Source of the DNA: Felis catus | Taxonomy: Eukaryota | Assembly (NCBI RefSeq): GCF_018350175.1 | Contig: NC_058368.1 | Span: forward strand, 182,406,001 to 182,470,000 | Reading direction: 5' to 3' | DNA: 64,000 nucleotides | Part shown: one piece after another, positions 49,959 through 61,670 of the stretch | Layout of the letters: the number at the start of each line of letters is the position of its first letter | Numbering within the stretch: position 1 is the stretch's first letter | Position numbers and translations under genes: made by a program | The notes under the pieces: generated by a model | What the model was told of the DNA's origin: nothing | The model's database searches: none | The model's input: only the letters and a program-made list of their open reading frames with translations

Positions 49959-50230
49959 ATTTTTTTTTCTGGATGCAGCTTAGGCAAAGGTCTCCTAAGT
50001 ATGATATCAACAGCAAAAAATGATATAAAAATTAATTATACTTCACAAACAACAAAAATTTCTGTTCCTCAAAAGACACTGATCAGAGAATGTAAAGATA
50101 AATTTCATCTTGGAAGAAAATATGGCAAGTTATATTTTTGATAAATGACTTATATCTGGAATATATAGTTTTCAATACTCACTGGCCAAAAACCAAATAG
50201 CCCAATACTAAAATAGACAAAAAGATACAC

Positions 50231-50233
<3 letters not shown>

Positions 50234-50264
<31 letters not shown>
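50234..50264. repeat. (CA)n microsatellite
   Basis: Directly visible. Confidence 0.95.
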
Positions 50265-50267
<3 letters not shown>

Positions 50268-50337
50268 CACGTATGACAAAGAGGCATATGGAAATAGTAA
50301 ATATCATTTCATTGCAGAAATGCAAAACTATAATGTG

Positions 50338-50555
50338 GTTGAGGTACAAACTTCCAGTTATAAAATAAATAAGTCATGAGGATAAGAAGTACAGCTCAGA
50401 GAATATAGTCATAATATAACACTGCATGGTGACAGATGTTAACTACACTTGTGGTGGGCACTGCAGAGTGTATATATTGTATATATTGTACACCTAAAAC
50501 TAATATAACATCATATGTCAACTATACTTTAATAATAAAATTTAATTAAAAAAAC
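50338..50555 (+). mobile_element. Short carnivore/L1MA-type L1 3' end nested in older L1
   Basis: gaggtacaaacttccagttataaaataaataagtcat...tgtacacctaaaactaatataaca...tgtcaactatac plus A-rich tail. Confidence 0.85.
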
Positions 50556-51289
50556 TACCATATGACCCACTACATACCTATTAGAATGGTTCATATAAAC
50601 AAAAACTGATAAGACTTAGTACTGTGAGGATATGTGTGAATTACCATGGAAAATATTCACTTTATGCAGAGGAAGGCAGTAAAGGAAAAATAGAGGAATC
50701 ACACACAGGAGGCACAAAAAATAAAACACAATATTGTGGAAATCTTTCTATATAAATGGATGAGGTATTAGCTACCCTTTTCCTTTTGCATGCCTGTATC
50801 ATATTCTTTTAATGTTGTTTCACACTTTAATTTACCACCAGTTATGATTCTTTAGATGGGATTCATGTCATTTAAATGATAAATACTGCTATAACAAACA
50901 TCCATACAGATGTGCCTTTGCAATTCAGAGCTTGGTTGTTTGTTTTAAAGCACCAGATGACATACATTTTCTTCTCTCACAGAGCAGTGGCTAGCTACGG
51001 AAGAACAGTGTGCAGTGATCACAATATACAATTATGGTACTGTTCCATACTTTCAAAACCACTCAGGTTCCTTCCAAATATGAGCTAATCAAAAAAAAAT
51101 TACTTGGGTAGCATTGGCAATATAGATGATCCTTTTGTTCAGGATTAAATTGTGGTAAACTTGACATAAGCCTCAGATGTGTTGTGTTAGAGAAAATTTC
51201 TTAGCCTCAACTACTATGCACGGTGTTCATACAAGAGCTCTATGCAATAACACAAACCACCACCAATATCATAAAAAAATGCTTTCAAT

Positions 51290-51530
51290 ACCGCCATTTA
51301 TTCTGGGCTTATACACTTAATAGTGAAATATGAACTAAGCACTTCCTATCATCTCACTATGTCCTCAAGGTAGTAAATGAGAAAGACATTATTGTTACAT
51401 TCTAATAGATCACAGAAGATCTGCCTAAGTTATGTAAGGAATCTCGTCCAGTCATACAGGTGGCAAGGAAAGGGGTCATAGATTCAAATATATATCTTTC
51501 TGACAGAAAAGTCACACTCTTAGTTCCAAC
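51290..51530 (-). mobile_element. MIR SINE, degenerate
   Basis: ccatttattctgggctta...ctaagcactt...gtccagtcatacaggtggcaag...gattcaaa. Confidence 0.5.
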
Positions 51531-51565
51531 TTTACTGCTATACTTTACATAAAAAATAATGCGGT

Positions 51566-51766
51566 GGGGCGCCTGGCTGGCTTGGTTGGTTAAGCATTTG
51601 ATTCTTGATTTCAGCTCAGGTCATGATCTCACAATTCATGAGTTTGAGCCCCGTGTTGGGCTCCACACTGGCAATGCAGAGCCTGCTTGGGATTCTCTCT
51701 TTCCCTCTCTCTCTGACCCTCTCCTGTGGTCTCTGTCTCAAAATAAATAAATAAACTTTTTTTTTA
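51566..51766 (+). mobile_element. CAN-SINE
   Basis: GGGGCGCCTGG head, (AAAT)n tail; short flanking repeat TAATG[C/T]GG. Confidence 0.95.
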
Positions 51767-51957
51767 ATGTGGAATTTCAATTTACAAAAGTAGAAAAATA
51801 CTTTGTGTAAAGGGTACAATATTTACATGATGAAATATTCTGCACACATTGGAAACATATATTCATAATTCATTAATTCAAATAAAGCTAAACTGTAAAA
51901 CATAATGATTCAAATTTTGTCCAAAACTGGGAGTGTGGGAGGAGACAGAAACAAGTC

Positions 51958-52337
51958 TGTATTGTTCCAAATCTTTATTTCATTTTACTTCTCCTGGGCA
52001 CTTAGAAAGACTATATTTGTCAATTTATTTTGCAGTAAATTTGAGACCATGTGGCAGAAGTAATATAAACCACTTATATGCCTGGAACTTATAAACATCC
52101 TGCATGAGCCTTCTCTTAATCAACCACAGCAAACTTGTAGGCCATGTGTTTCAAATACTTTAGCTACACTATACTGGAGGCTCCAACAGACTGGGACTCA
52201 GAGTGACTCTGGGAAGCAGAAGGCCTGCCAACCTGCATTAGACATATGATGCGAATTAGAAACAGACCTTTGTTCTGTTCAGCCCTTGAAATTTGGGAAT
52301 TTGTCACTGCCATGTAACCTAGACAATCTGACTAATA
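51958..52337 (+). mobile_element. MaLR solo LTR (MLT1H-like)
   Basis: ctcctgggcac...aagactatattt, tgtggcagaagtaat, acctttgttctgttcagcccttgaaatttggg, taacctagacaatctgactaata. Confidence 0.75.
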
Positions 52338-52471
52338 ATTTCTCTGTGTTTGCAAACTATACAAAACTCTCAGGGAAGTATGTTACCATATTTTTCTCTT
52401 TTGAGAGTATGTTGTTTCTTCTTTGTCTTTTCTCTGTATTTTACACTTTCCTTTTAAAAATACCTATTTAT

Positions 52472-52598
52472 GGAGTTCCTGGGTGGGTCAGTCAGTTAAG
52501 CATCCAATTCGATCTCAGCTCAGGTCTTGATCTCAGGGACTTGAATTCAAGCCCCATGTTGGGCTCCATGCTGAGGATGAAGCCTAGTTAAAAAAAAG
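52472..52598 (+). mobile_element. Short CAN-SINE (no CT body)
   Basis: tRNA-like head to gggctccatgctg...agcctagttaaaaaaaa. Confidence 0.88.
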
Positions 52599-52609
52599 AG
52601 TCGGGGAGG

Positions 52610-52843
52610 GGGGCGCCTGGTTGGCTCAGTTGGTTGGGCATCTGACTTCGGCCAAGGTCATGATCTCACGGTTCATGGGTTCCATCGGTTCGAGTCGTGC
52701 ATCAGGCTCTGTGCTGACAGCTCAGAGCCTGGAGCCTGCCTTGAATTCTGTGTCTCCCTCCCTCTCTGCCCCTTCCCTGCTCACACTCTGAGTCTCTCTG
52801 TCTCTCAAAAATAAATAATACTTTGAAAAAAACTTTAAAAAAA
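52610..52843 (+). mobile_element. CAN-SINE (SINEC_Fc2-like)
   Basis: Flanked by AGTCGGGG at 52599-52606 and 52844-52851. Confidence 0.95.
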
Positions 52844-52849
52844 AGTCGG

Positions 52850-53016
52850 GGGGTGCCTGGGTGGTTAATTTGGTTAAGTGTCTGACTCTCAATTTCAGCT
52901 CAGGTCATGATCCCACCGTTCATGAGGTTGAACCCTAAACTGGGCTCCATGCTGACGGTGTGGCACCTGCTTGGGATTCTCTTTCTCTTCCTCTCCCTTT
53001 GCCTCTCCCACACTCA

Positions 53017-53069
<53 letters not shown>

Positions 53070-53110
53070 CCCCCCCAAATATAAATAACCTTTAAAGAAC
53101 AAAAACAAAA
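52850..53110 (+). mobile_element. CAN-SINE with long (CT)n
   Basis: ggggtgcctgggtgg head, (CT)n, A-rich tail. Confidence 0.94.
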
Positions 53111-53321
53111 ACCTATTTATTGTGTAACTAAATTATTTTTTAAAATTGCCTAGATATCTTTTCAGTTATTAATCAATATGGACTCACTTGTTCAGACACA
53201 GTTTCTTTATTGCTTTTTGGGAAATATTTCAAATTTATTTCTCTTTTGCAGCTTAGCATATGTTTTAATCTCAGCTCATTTGTCTTATATATTTGAAGTC
53301 TTTTAAAACTATACTAACCTT

Positions 53322-53415
53322 TTTTTCAAAGTCACCTCCACACCCAACATGGGGCTCAAACTCATGACTCCAAGATCAAGAGTCACATGTTCTCCAACTT
53401 AGCCAGTCAGGTGCC
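53322..53415 (-). mobile_element. Short CAN-SINE (SINEC_b-like)
   Basis: Sense reads ggcacctgactggctaagttggagaacatgtgactcttgatc...gagccccatgttgggtgtggaggtgactttgaaaaa. Confidence 0.88.
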
Positions 53416-53515
53416 TGCTGACTCAGTTGGGAGAGCATACAGTTCTGGATTTTGAGGTTCTAAGAGCCCTGTCTTGGATATAGAGATTACTTAAAAAATA
53501 AAATCTTTAAAAAAG
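53410..53515 (+). mobile_element. Short CAN-SINE (SINEC_b-like)
   Basis: ggtgcctgctgactcagttgggagagcat...tagagattacttaaaaaataaaatctttaaaaaa. Confidence 0.85.
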
Positions 53516-54600
53516 TGAATAAACTCTACTAATCTTCATTTATATCTATGTTCTTGGAACAAATAATTTTCCACTAAATTCCACGTGACTTTACTGTTTT
53601 CCCTGTATGTTTCAGAATATTTTCATTCCATATTTTGTTTGAAAACTCTGCATTTTTTTCAGTGCTTTTAGCTCCATATAGAGCTTTTATATTACAGGAA
53701 GAAACCTTTCTTAATTTTTGTGTTATTTCACCTAAGCTGTGACACTAAAAATATTCACAATTTATACCTATGAACATAGAAATGTGCATTATAATTCTCA
53801 CATTCTATTTAATTAAGGAAGTCTGTAAGTACTATATATTTACATTCTAACCAAGAGGGACCAAATGAGGAGGGAGGAAGTGATGGTTGACAAGAAGGTG
53901 AGTCAATGTCAAATCAAACAGTGGCTTCCAAGAGACTCTCAGATTTGTACGTTGATTATTGATATCTTTCTGAATCAATAAGCTGATCAATTGTGAGGAC
54001 TTCTCAAAAAATAACCCTTAAATAATTTACCTCACTGGTCCACAAAGCAGCTGTTCCAATTGTTTCCTGTGGGTTTTTTTTGTTTGTTGTTTGCTTGTTT
54101 GTTTGCATACATGTGTTCATATATCTGTGCTCATGGAAGGTGGCAAGATCAGGAAGGAAAGAAGCAAAAAGGAGGAAAGGAGCTCACAAACAACCAGATC
54201 AAGAAGTCACGTGGCAGCTGGATTTCTTTTCTCAAGAGCAGCCACAGGAAAAAAAAAAAAAAAACAACTCATCTGATATAATCCTGCATTCAAAGAAAAG
54301 AAACACCAGCTGAAAAACATCATCAAAACTCAAACAGCAGCAGAAATTATGGGCTCTTCCTTTACCTACATTACTCTGTTGCCCTCAGAACACAAAACAC
54401 TTTTGGGCAGAGTTCTTCAAAAAACCATTATTACCAAATTTGCAAAAATTCCCATTGTTTTGAAATTAGGAAATATAACATGTGTTAGAGGAAACAACTA
54501 ATGATGAACTCTTTCAAAAGTGGGCTGCCTTTTAAGCAAGAGCTATTTGAAGCCATGGGTCAGGAAGAGGGATGCCCAGTGCTGATTGACTTTTTAGTCA

Positions 54601-54805
54601 TTTTTTTTTTTGAGAGAGAGAGAGAGAAAGAGAGAGAAGGAGCGCCAGCAGGAAAGGGGCAGAGGGAGAAGGAGAAAGAGAATCTCAAGCAGGCTCCATG
54701 CCCAGCACAGAGCCTGATGTGGGGCAGGATCTCAGGACTGTGAGATCGTGACCTGAGACAAAATCAAGAGTCAGACACTTAACCAAATGAGCTATTCAGA
54801 TGCCC
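54601..54805 (-). mobile_element. CAN-SINE
   Basis: TSD TGACTTTTTAGT at 54587-54598 and 54806-54817. Confidence 0.94.
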
Positions 54806-56690
54806 TGACTTTTTAGTAATATTTAACCACAAGGTTTCTATGCCGAGTAAACATTCCTTGTTTCAAAATGGGCAGCTGTTCTCACCCTCAGAATCATTTG
54901 CACAGTTTTATGAAATTGAAAATCAACATGGAACATGTGGCATTCTTATATCCCCTAGTCCCAGAATGCCATGGTCACTTTATTTGCAATATCCTCATTT
55001 TAAAACCTCTGATTATCTCTGTTCTGCACCTTCTCCATTTTTAATGTGTGCTCCTCTACAGGTAGCCATGCACATCACCAAAGCCCTTAAGTGGAATGCT
55101 AGAAATGACAAGACAGAAACAAAATGTCCTTTAAGATGTAGTTTGCAAACTCTTCCTTGTTTGCTGCCTACTGTCTGTTTTTAAATAATGCACAAATCAA
55201 CTTCAGTACCATGGAAATAATCAACACAGGATCAAAACCTGGAGTTTCTAGTAGAGCACAAATCAAAAGCTGTAGGAATCCAACAGCTGGAGCCTGTCTC
55301 ATTATTTCCCTGTTCTTTGATGTGCTTTTCAGGAAAGTATCTTAGAGAATTACTTGCAGATATGTCTATCTACAAATTCTACATTGCTTACATATTATAG
55401 TTTCCAACAGAGATAAATACTGTAACTGAGTTCTCATTTTCAAAATAGAACCCCCATCTTTTTTTATCTTCTATTATGCACACAATCTTGTAAATGGCAG
55501 TACTGAAAATCAGCTGCATCTAATAAGAGAATCAAGTTTGTTATTGACTCTGAGATGCTAGTTTCCATTAGATCATCCATCATAGCTTTATTATGTGATC
55601 AACTGCCTAATTAATTTTGTACTGGGGTATTTAGACAGAACACTGAATGTTTCACTGGGGTTTTGCTATAATCCTGCACCTGCGGCCTCAGAGATTTAGA
55701 TATCCTCCTATCATAAGTTTATACTGTGCCTATAATCACTTCTGCTTCACTAGGATTCCAGCAATTCAGTCCAGTGAAATTCAGCAATATTAATTTCAGA
55801 AACACCAGAACATTTGCATTTGTGGTTATGTTTCTTTGGATTTTAATCAGATCAAAGTCACCGCAAGATATTAAGAGCGCTAGATACAATATTTTGTTCA
55901 GACAGTTTTAGTGGTTAAATCAGACACTGTTTTGATTTTCTGTGCTTATCTGTTAATATGAACAGATGCAATCATGCTATTGTATAATGACTCTTGATTG
56001 CCAGCAGTATTTGATTTTTCAACCATTCGGCGGTGATAATTAAAGATAACGGGATATCCTATACAGTAATAATTAAAGATAGCTTTGTGGGCTTTATCAC
56101 ATGAATAAATGCCATAGAGGAAGAATTGGTTTCTGACATTCATTATTTGGTGAATATTTTTGGAAGTCCAAGTTTGAAATGTCTCAAAAAGAGATATTTA
56201 GGTGCAATAGATTTGGTTACATTTTAGCTGATATGAAAATGTTCACTTGTCCTGGGTGCCAAACATTGAGGGTTTGTTCTGTATTTGTTCAGGAAAACAC
56301 CAGCATGATTGTGCTGCTCATAAGATAGAAACATAGACGAGTCAAATAATATGGAATCTTTTATTTCCCATATAAATAGGGATCCATAAAGGTACTCATA
56401 AAGAATCTTTGAATATATATTCAATTTGAGAAGAGGAAATAAAAGCTCTTAAAGCCCTGCCTTTATCTACTCTGTGAAAATGAGGCAAGAATTTAAGATG
56501 CTGACAACCCTTTTGATAGGATATTATGAGTCCTAAGTGGCTGAGGCTGAAGCAAAAATTTTACTAATTTTTTTTTTCAATTAATTTAAAGAAATGACCA
56601 TGGATTATCAAAAAAGGCAATCTTTAAAGCAAGGCTGTCTGAGGGCCTTGCTGAGAACACCTGCCTCTTGGAATATATTACTTATAAGCA

Positions 56691-56878
56691 TAGGGATGCC
56701 ACATAAACTACAGGATCCCCAATTAAATTTGAATTTGAGATTTAAAAAATGAATTATTTAGTATAAGTATGTCCTATGAAATATTTGGAATATACTTATA
56801 ACCTAAAAGGTTGTGTATCTAAAATTCATATTTAACTCTATGTCCTATATTTTTATTTACAAAATCTGGTAACCATAT
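56691..56878. mobile_element. MER53 palindromic hAT MITE
   Basis: agggatgcca...ttaaatttgaattt...tagtataagtatgtcc / tatacttata...aaattcatatttaact...aaatctggtaacc. Confidence 0.85.
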
Positions 56879-57594
56879 ATAAACATCTATATTTTCTGAC
56901 AAACACTCTCAGAGCACCTGCTGTGTTCTTCCAAGTGATATTTGATGGGTGGAGAAAGACTTAGAATAACAGCTGACATGAAGCCTTAAAAAGAGCAAAA
57001 TAAGTCCTCATAGCTGGCAATTAGCAGTAGCCAGGTAACTTCCTGGGCAGAGAACCAACTTTTCCTCTGGCCAAATCTACAATTGCTTTCCTCCCTCCTG
57101 CCACCCCTCAGTGCTTAAGCAGGCAACACTTGAAGATAATACTGTTGCATGAAGGAGGGAAACGGGGGATACGTTATTTTAAGGGGCTTTAATCAAGTGT
57201 CTATTGCATTTACCAGAAGAGAGAGTTCATAGTTTTTATCAGCTTCTTAAAGGATGGGTAACAAGTAAAGATTCCATATTTGACCACAACTTTACCAATC
57301 TGGAAGAGAATATATATTTTGCAATGCTCTTCCCACTCCACACCCATGTTAATTAGGTTCTTGACCCAAGGGACATCTTTTCCCTTGAATTAAAGGAACA
57401 GAAAAGATTAAGCATCTCTACATTCAGTCTAAGTTCTCTGATAAGGCAAACTAAAACCACACCAAAGATGTAAGGGTAATACATTTGTTAATAGGCATAA
57501 TGCTCTACTATAAAGAACTTATCAGTCAACGGAATGGAAATTTTATAGGCCCTTCCTCTCAAATCTCCATGCCAAGAACTTAAAAATTACCTCT

Positions 57595-57825
57595 AAGTGA
57601 GTGGTTCTAAAGAACCTGAATCAGAATACTAAAGTAATTAGCCTTGCACTTATCTGCTATATGAACTTCAAGAAATTACTTACCCACTCTATGCTGTAGT
57701 CACCAGTTCTATAAAATGAGTATATTAGCAAACCAACAAAACAAACATGGGGGCTCTAAGTGAACAACATATGATATGATGCAGTTAGAATTTGTAGCAT
57801 TGTTCCTGGCCCATAGTATGTATTT
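57595..57825 (+). mobile_element. MIR SINE
   Basis: cacttatctgctatatgaacttcaagaaattactt...ctataaaatgag...ttcctggcccatagta. Confidence 0.65.
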
Positions 57826-58155
57826 AATTAAAATTAACTCTTTTCTTTATTCCTTGATGATTAAGAGATTCTAATTCGAAAAAAAAATCTTTAGAAAGTA
57901 ATTTTGTAAAGATTTGACAAAGATTGTTATCCTTAAAATAGGACAGATTTAAAGTGGATTTGAGAAAGCCAAAAGCGCAAAATACCCCAAATCTTTGCCT
58001 CGTAAAGATGTTCAGCATAAGGAAAATTGTGTTCAATATTGTATTTCTGAATATTCAATTTTTTTCATGACAGGTTTATGACATAATGGGCATATACTTT
58101 ATAACTAAAATTTGCACAGATTCCAATTGAGTCAGCTGTGCTATAATGCTTGTGA

Positions 58156-58192
58156 TTTTTTTTAATTTTTTAAAATTTAATGTTTGTTTATT

Positions 58193-58245
<53 letters not shown>

Positions 58246-58410
58246 ACAAGCTGTGGAGGGGCAGAGAGAGAGGGAGACACAGAGTCTGAAACAGGATTCA
58301 GCTCCGAGCTGACAGCATAAAGCCTGACACAGGGCTCGAACCCATGAACTATGAGTTCATGACCTGAGCTGAAGTCATACACTTAACTGACTGGGGCACT
58401 CAGGTGCCCC
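58156..58410 (-). mobile_element. CAN-SINE with long (GA)n
   Basis: Imperfect TSD CTATAA..CTTGT at 58141-58153 and 58410-58422. Confidence 0.95.
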
Positions 58411-58820
58411 TATAACTCTTGTTTTAAATACATAAATTTGGCCCAATGCAATTGTTATACTAGGTAATAATGAGTGTAATGTGAATTGTGTTTACCTACA
58501 TGCTATTTCATTTGGGTGACATGCTAGGTGAACACTGAAAAACTGCACCCAGCTGACCCATGTTGCACTGGAATACACAAGATACACACCCAAACATCTA
58601 CCAGTTATCATAGCTCATTGCCTGTGTTGTGAGACGCACCCATCCCTATATAGCATTATAGCTTTCCTTGTGAGATAACCCTCCTTTCAAATAAACTGAA
58701 GTTTTCCGATAACCACTTCTACAAGCAGGTTTTTTCAAGTATCACACTTCTTGTAGTCTTTATGTATTCCTTAACCATTTAATATATGTAAAACTGTGCT
58801 ACCATTTTCTTTGGTTCCTA

Positions 58821-59048
58821 TTTTTTTTTTATTTTTTTTTTCAACGTTTTTTATTTATTTTTGGGACAGAGAGACACAGAGCATGAACGGGGGAGGGGCA
58901 GAGAGAGAGGGAGACACAGAATCGGAAACAGGCTCCAGGCTCCGAGCCATCAGCCCAGAGCCTGACGCGGGGCTCGAACTCACGGACCGCGAGATCGTGA
59001 CCTGAGCTGAAGTCGGACGCTTAACCGACTGCACCACCCAGGCGCCCC
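58821..59048 (-). mobile_element. Young SINEC_Fc
   Basis: Near-consensus; perfect TSD TGGTTCCTATTTTTT at 58812-58826 and 59049-59063. Confidence 0.97.
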
Positions 59049-60992
59049 TGGTTCCTATTTTTTAATGTTAATCACAATCATACTTATAAAATGATGTCAA
59101 TAATAAAGTTATTGAGTGCTGTACCCTAACCGCATTTCCCCTATAAGTTCCCTGTTTTACTGGGTGGTTTTGCACAGCAGAGTAATTTTTAGAAATGTAT
59201 ATGTTGCATTACAGCAGAACTGACTGTACAGTGAAAGCACACATTTTCCATTTTGAACTAAGTTTATGCTTACAAAAAAAGATAAATGCATTATTTTGTT
59301 TCTGATGTGTAATTTGTCTGCAGCATAAGCATTTAATTTATTGTCAAGTATATAACTTACACGTTGATTTAAGATTGGAGGATGAAAGGGTAGAGCAGAA
59401 GGTTAGTTTAAATTCCTTCCCTGTTACTGGTTTAACACCTCATTTTTATTAATTACCCAAATCTTGCATAACATACACAGTAGGCTGCCGTCTAAGTGTC
59501 TCTATGGATACTTGAGAAGTTGAACCAAATGTAGGTAAGTATTTATAATCAGTAAACTCATTGGTTGAGTTGACAATTTCACTTTCTTCTTTCAAACAGG
59601 AACAACAACTTAAACCATTTAATTTCAATAATACGATTTAACAATTTCTAAAACGACTTCAGTTTTAACACTCATTTTCTTCATCATTTAATCACATATA
59701 TACTTATTCTACTTTCAGACGAAAACAGTTCCTATCTTAGTGCTGTTATACATCAATGTTGATGGGCTCATGGTATTAAGCAGATGCTGCCATTTTCAAT
59801 GTGGCATTCGAACGCTTGTCACTAAATCCCAGACTGCATGATTAATTTTGATCATGGTTCAGGATCCAGCTTAGCCAGCATCCCAGTTAGTCCACTGGTA
59901 TTTCATCTGAGAAGTGATAACAAATAAAATAAAAAGCACTTGCATATAGGAGCTTTATTCTGTTTAAGAAGTGATGTGTGTCATGTATCCAAAAAGGCCA
60001 GTTAAAGCATTTCTTTGGTTTCTTGAAGCTGCTGACTGTATACCACAATGTGCCTGTTTTTAAAAATCATATATGTCCTTCTGTTATTCTTACCCATCAG
60101 GCCTGAGAAATGTCTGTGTATACTTTCCTATAAGAAAGTACATAGATAATGGTGGTTTAGGTGTCCTGTTCTTCATTTTGGTCCTGTGTCTTAGGAAGAG
60201 ATCAGTTCCTTTAAGGAAAAGAACTCTAGAAGCATTTGTGCTGACATTGTGCTAATACCTTTTTATTCCAACTTACACATAACAGGGTGAAACAATTTTA
60301 TGACTCCATGTGTGCCCTATTGGGGTGACAGTATAAGCCTTGATTAGCTCATCAGAGATCAAACTCTTTAGCAAGTTACCGACAGATGCAGTTTTAAATC
60401 TAGGAAGTAGGTCAGGTTTATTACCTACATCAATCCTTTTATATAGTAGGACAGAGACATAAAGGGGAAGAAAGAGCATTTGTGTGCAAGAACAAGTTGA
60501 CAGATACAATACAAAAATAAGTCTTATCCTTCAGAACATCACTCATTTTTTTTTTAATTGAACACATCTCAAGTCAGGCACTGTGCACATGCCAGGCTGC
60601 CCAGTGTAAATGTGATGGTGTCGCTTCTCATGATTATAAAGACAATTTTGCAGGACACATGGTTGGAAACCTTAAACGTCATTCTTTTTATGCTAACATA
60701 GCCCTGATAACTAAGTAAATACCAGTGTGAAATGGATTTTTAATATGGCCTGTGATTTAAAATACACATATATTTTCCAGCTGAAAGGTAGGAACATCAC
60801 AGTAATATGTAAACCAAAATCATTCTTAGAAGTTCCCACAGGTTTTGATGCCTGTCTAAAATTCTCAAGTGAGTATTTCTGTTAGATCATCACTTCCAGA
60901 TTCAATCTCCCTCTCTCAGGCCCTTTTAGCACTTCGTTTTCCACTGCTGTTAGTGAAAAGAAATTTAGTCCCCAAATAAAACTTAGCAAAAT

Positions 60993-61015
60993 CAACAACA
61001 ACAACAACAACAACA
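60993..61015. repeat. (CAA)n microsatellite
   Basis: Directly visible. Confidence 0.9.
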
Positions 61016-61450
61016 TCCTCTAACTTTCATTTTTAGTAGTATATTTGCTTGGATTTTGGAAGAAAGACAATTACAACTCAGTCTCTGTCCCTTACTCGTT
61101 AAATAACTGGTGGTAGAAATAAAATATATAGCGATTATTTCCATCAAAAATCAGGAGTTTGCTATTTATTTTGATAAACTGTATGACACAACCACAAAAC
61201 CTTTTTTTCTCAATCCCCTTTTGCATTTCATTTATGATAAACCCCTAAAAATACAAAAAAATAATAAAATAAATTGCTCCAGATTAAAACACCTGATATC
61301 TAAATGTGCTAATCATTAGAGTTTTAAAGAACTAAAATAATAAGCAGAGCTAAAACTGAGATCCATGGAGAATCACATTTCATAACTAAAACATATGAAT
61401 CCTAATATGCTTTCTTGGCCAATCATGTCATTTCTATGGATATATCATAA

Positions 61451-61670
61451 GGGGCACCTGGGTGGCTCAGTTGGTTAAGCATCTAACTTTGGCTCAGGTC
61501 ATGGCTTCACAGTTCATGAGTTTGAGCACCATTTCAGGCTCCATGCTGACAGCACAGAGCCTGCTTGAGATTCTCTTTCTCTCCCTCTCTCTCTACCCCT
61601 CCCCCACATGCACTCTCTCTCTCTCTCTTTCTCTCTCTCTGTCTCTCAAAATAAATAAATTAAAAACAAA
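61451..61670 (+). mobile_element. CAN-SINE
   Basis: GGGGCACCTGGGTGGCTCAGTTGGTTAAG head, CT body, (AAAT)n tail. Confidence 0.96.

Larger units (their letters stand above)
47270..50640 (+). mobile_element. Old L1M, heavily deleted (5'UTR-like start plus ORF2 pieces) with nested insertions
   Basis: acttctgagcaagatgg start; peptides [27 protein letters not shown] and ISLDVEKAFDKIQHPFLI are L1 ORF2p RT-like. Confidence 0.85.
58130..59226. mobile_element. Tigger8-like TcMar DNA transposon with two SINE insertions
   Basis: Terminal inverted repeats AGTCAGCTGTGCTATAATGC (left) and GCATTACAGCAGAACTGACTG followed by TA (right); internal ctaggtgaacactgaaaaactgcacccagctga. Confidence 0.8.
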
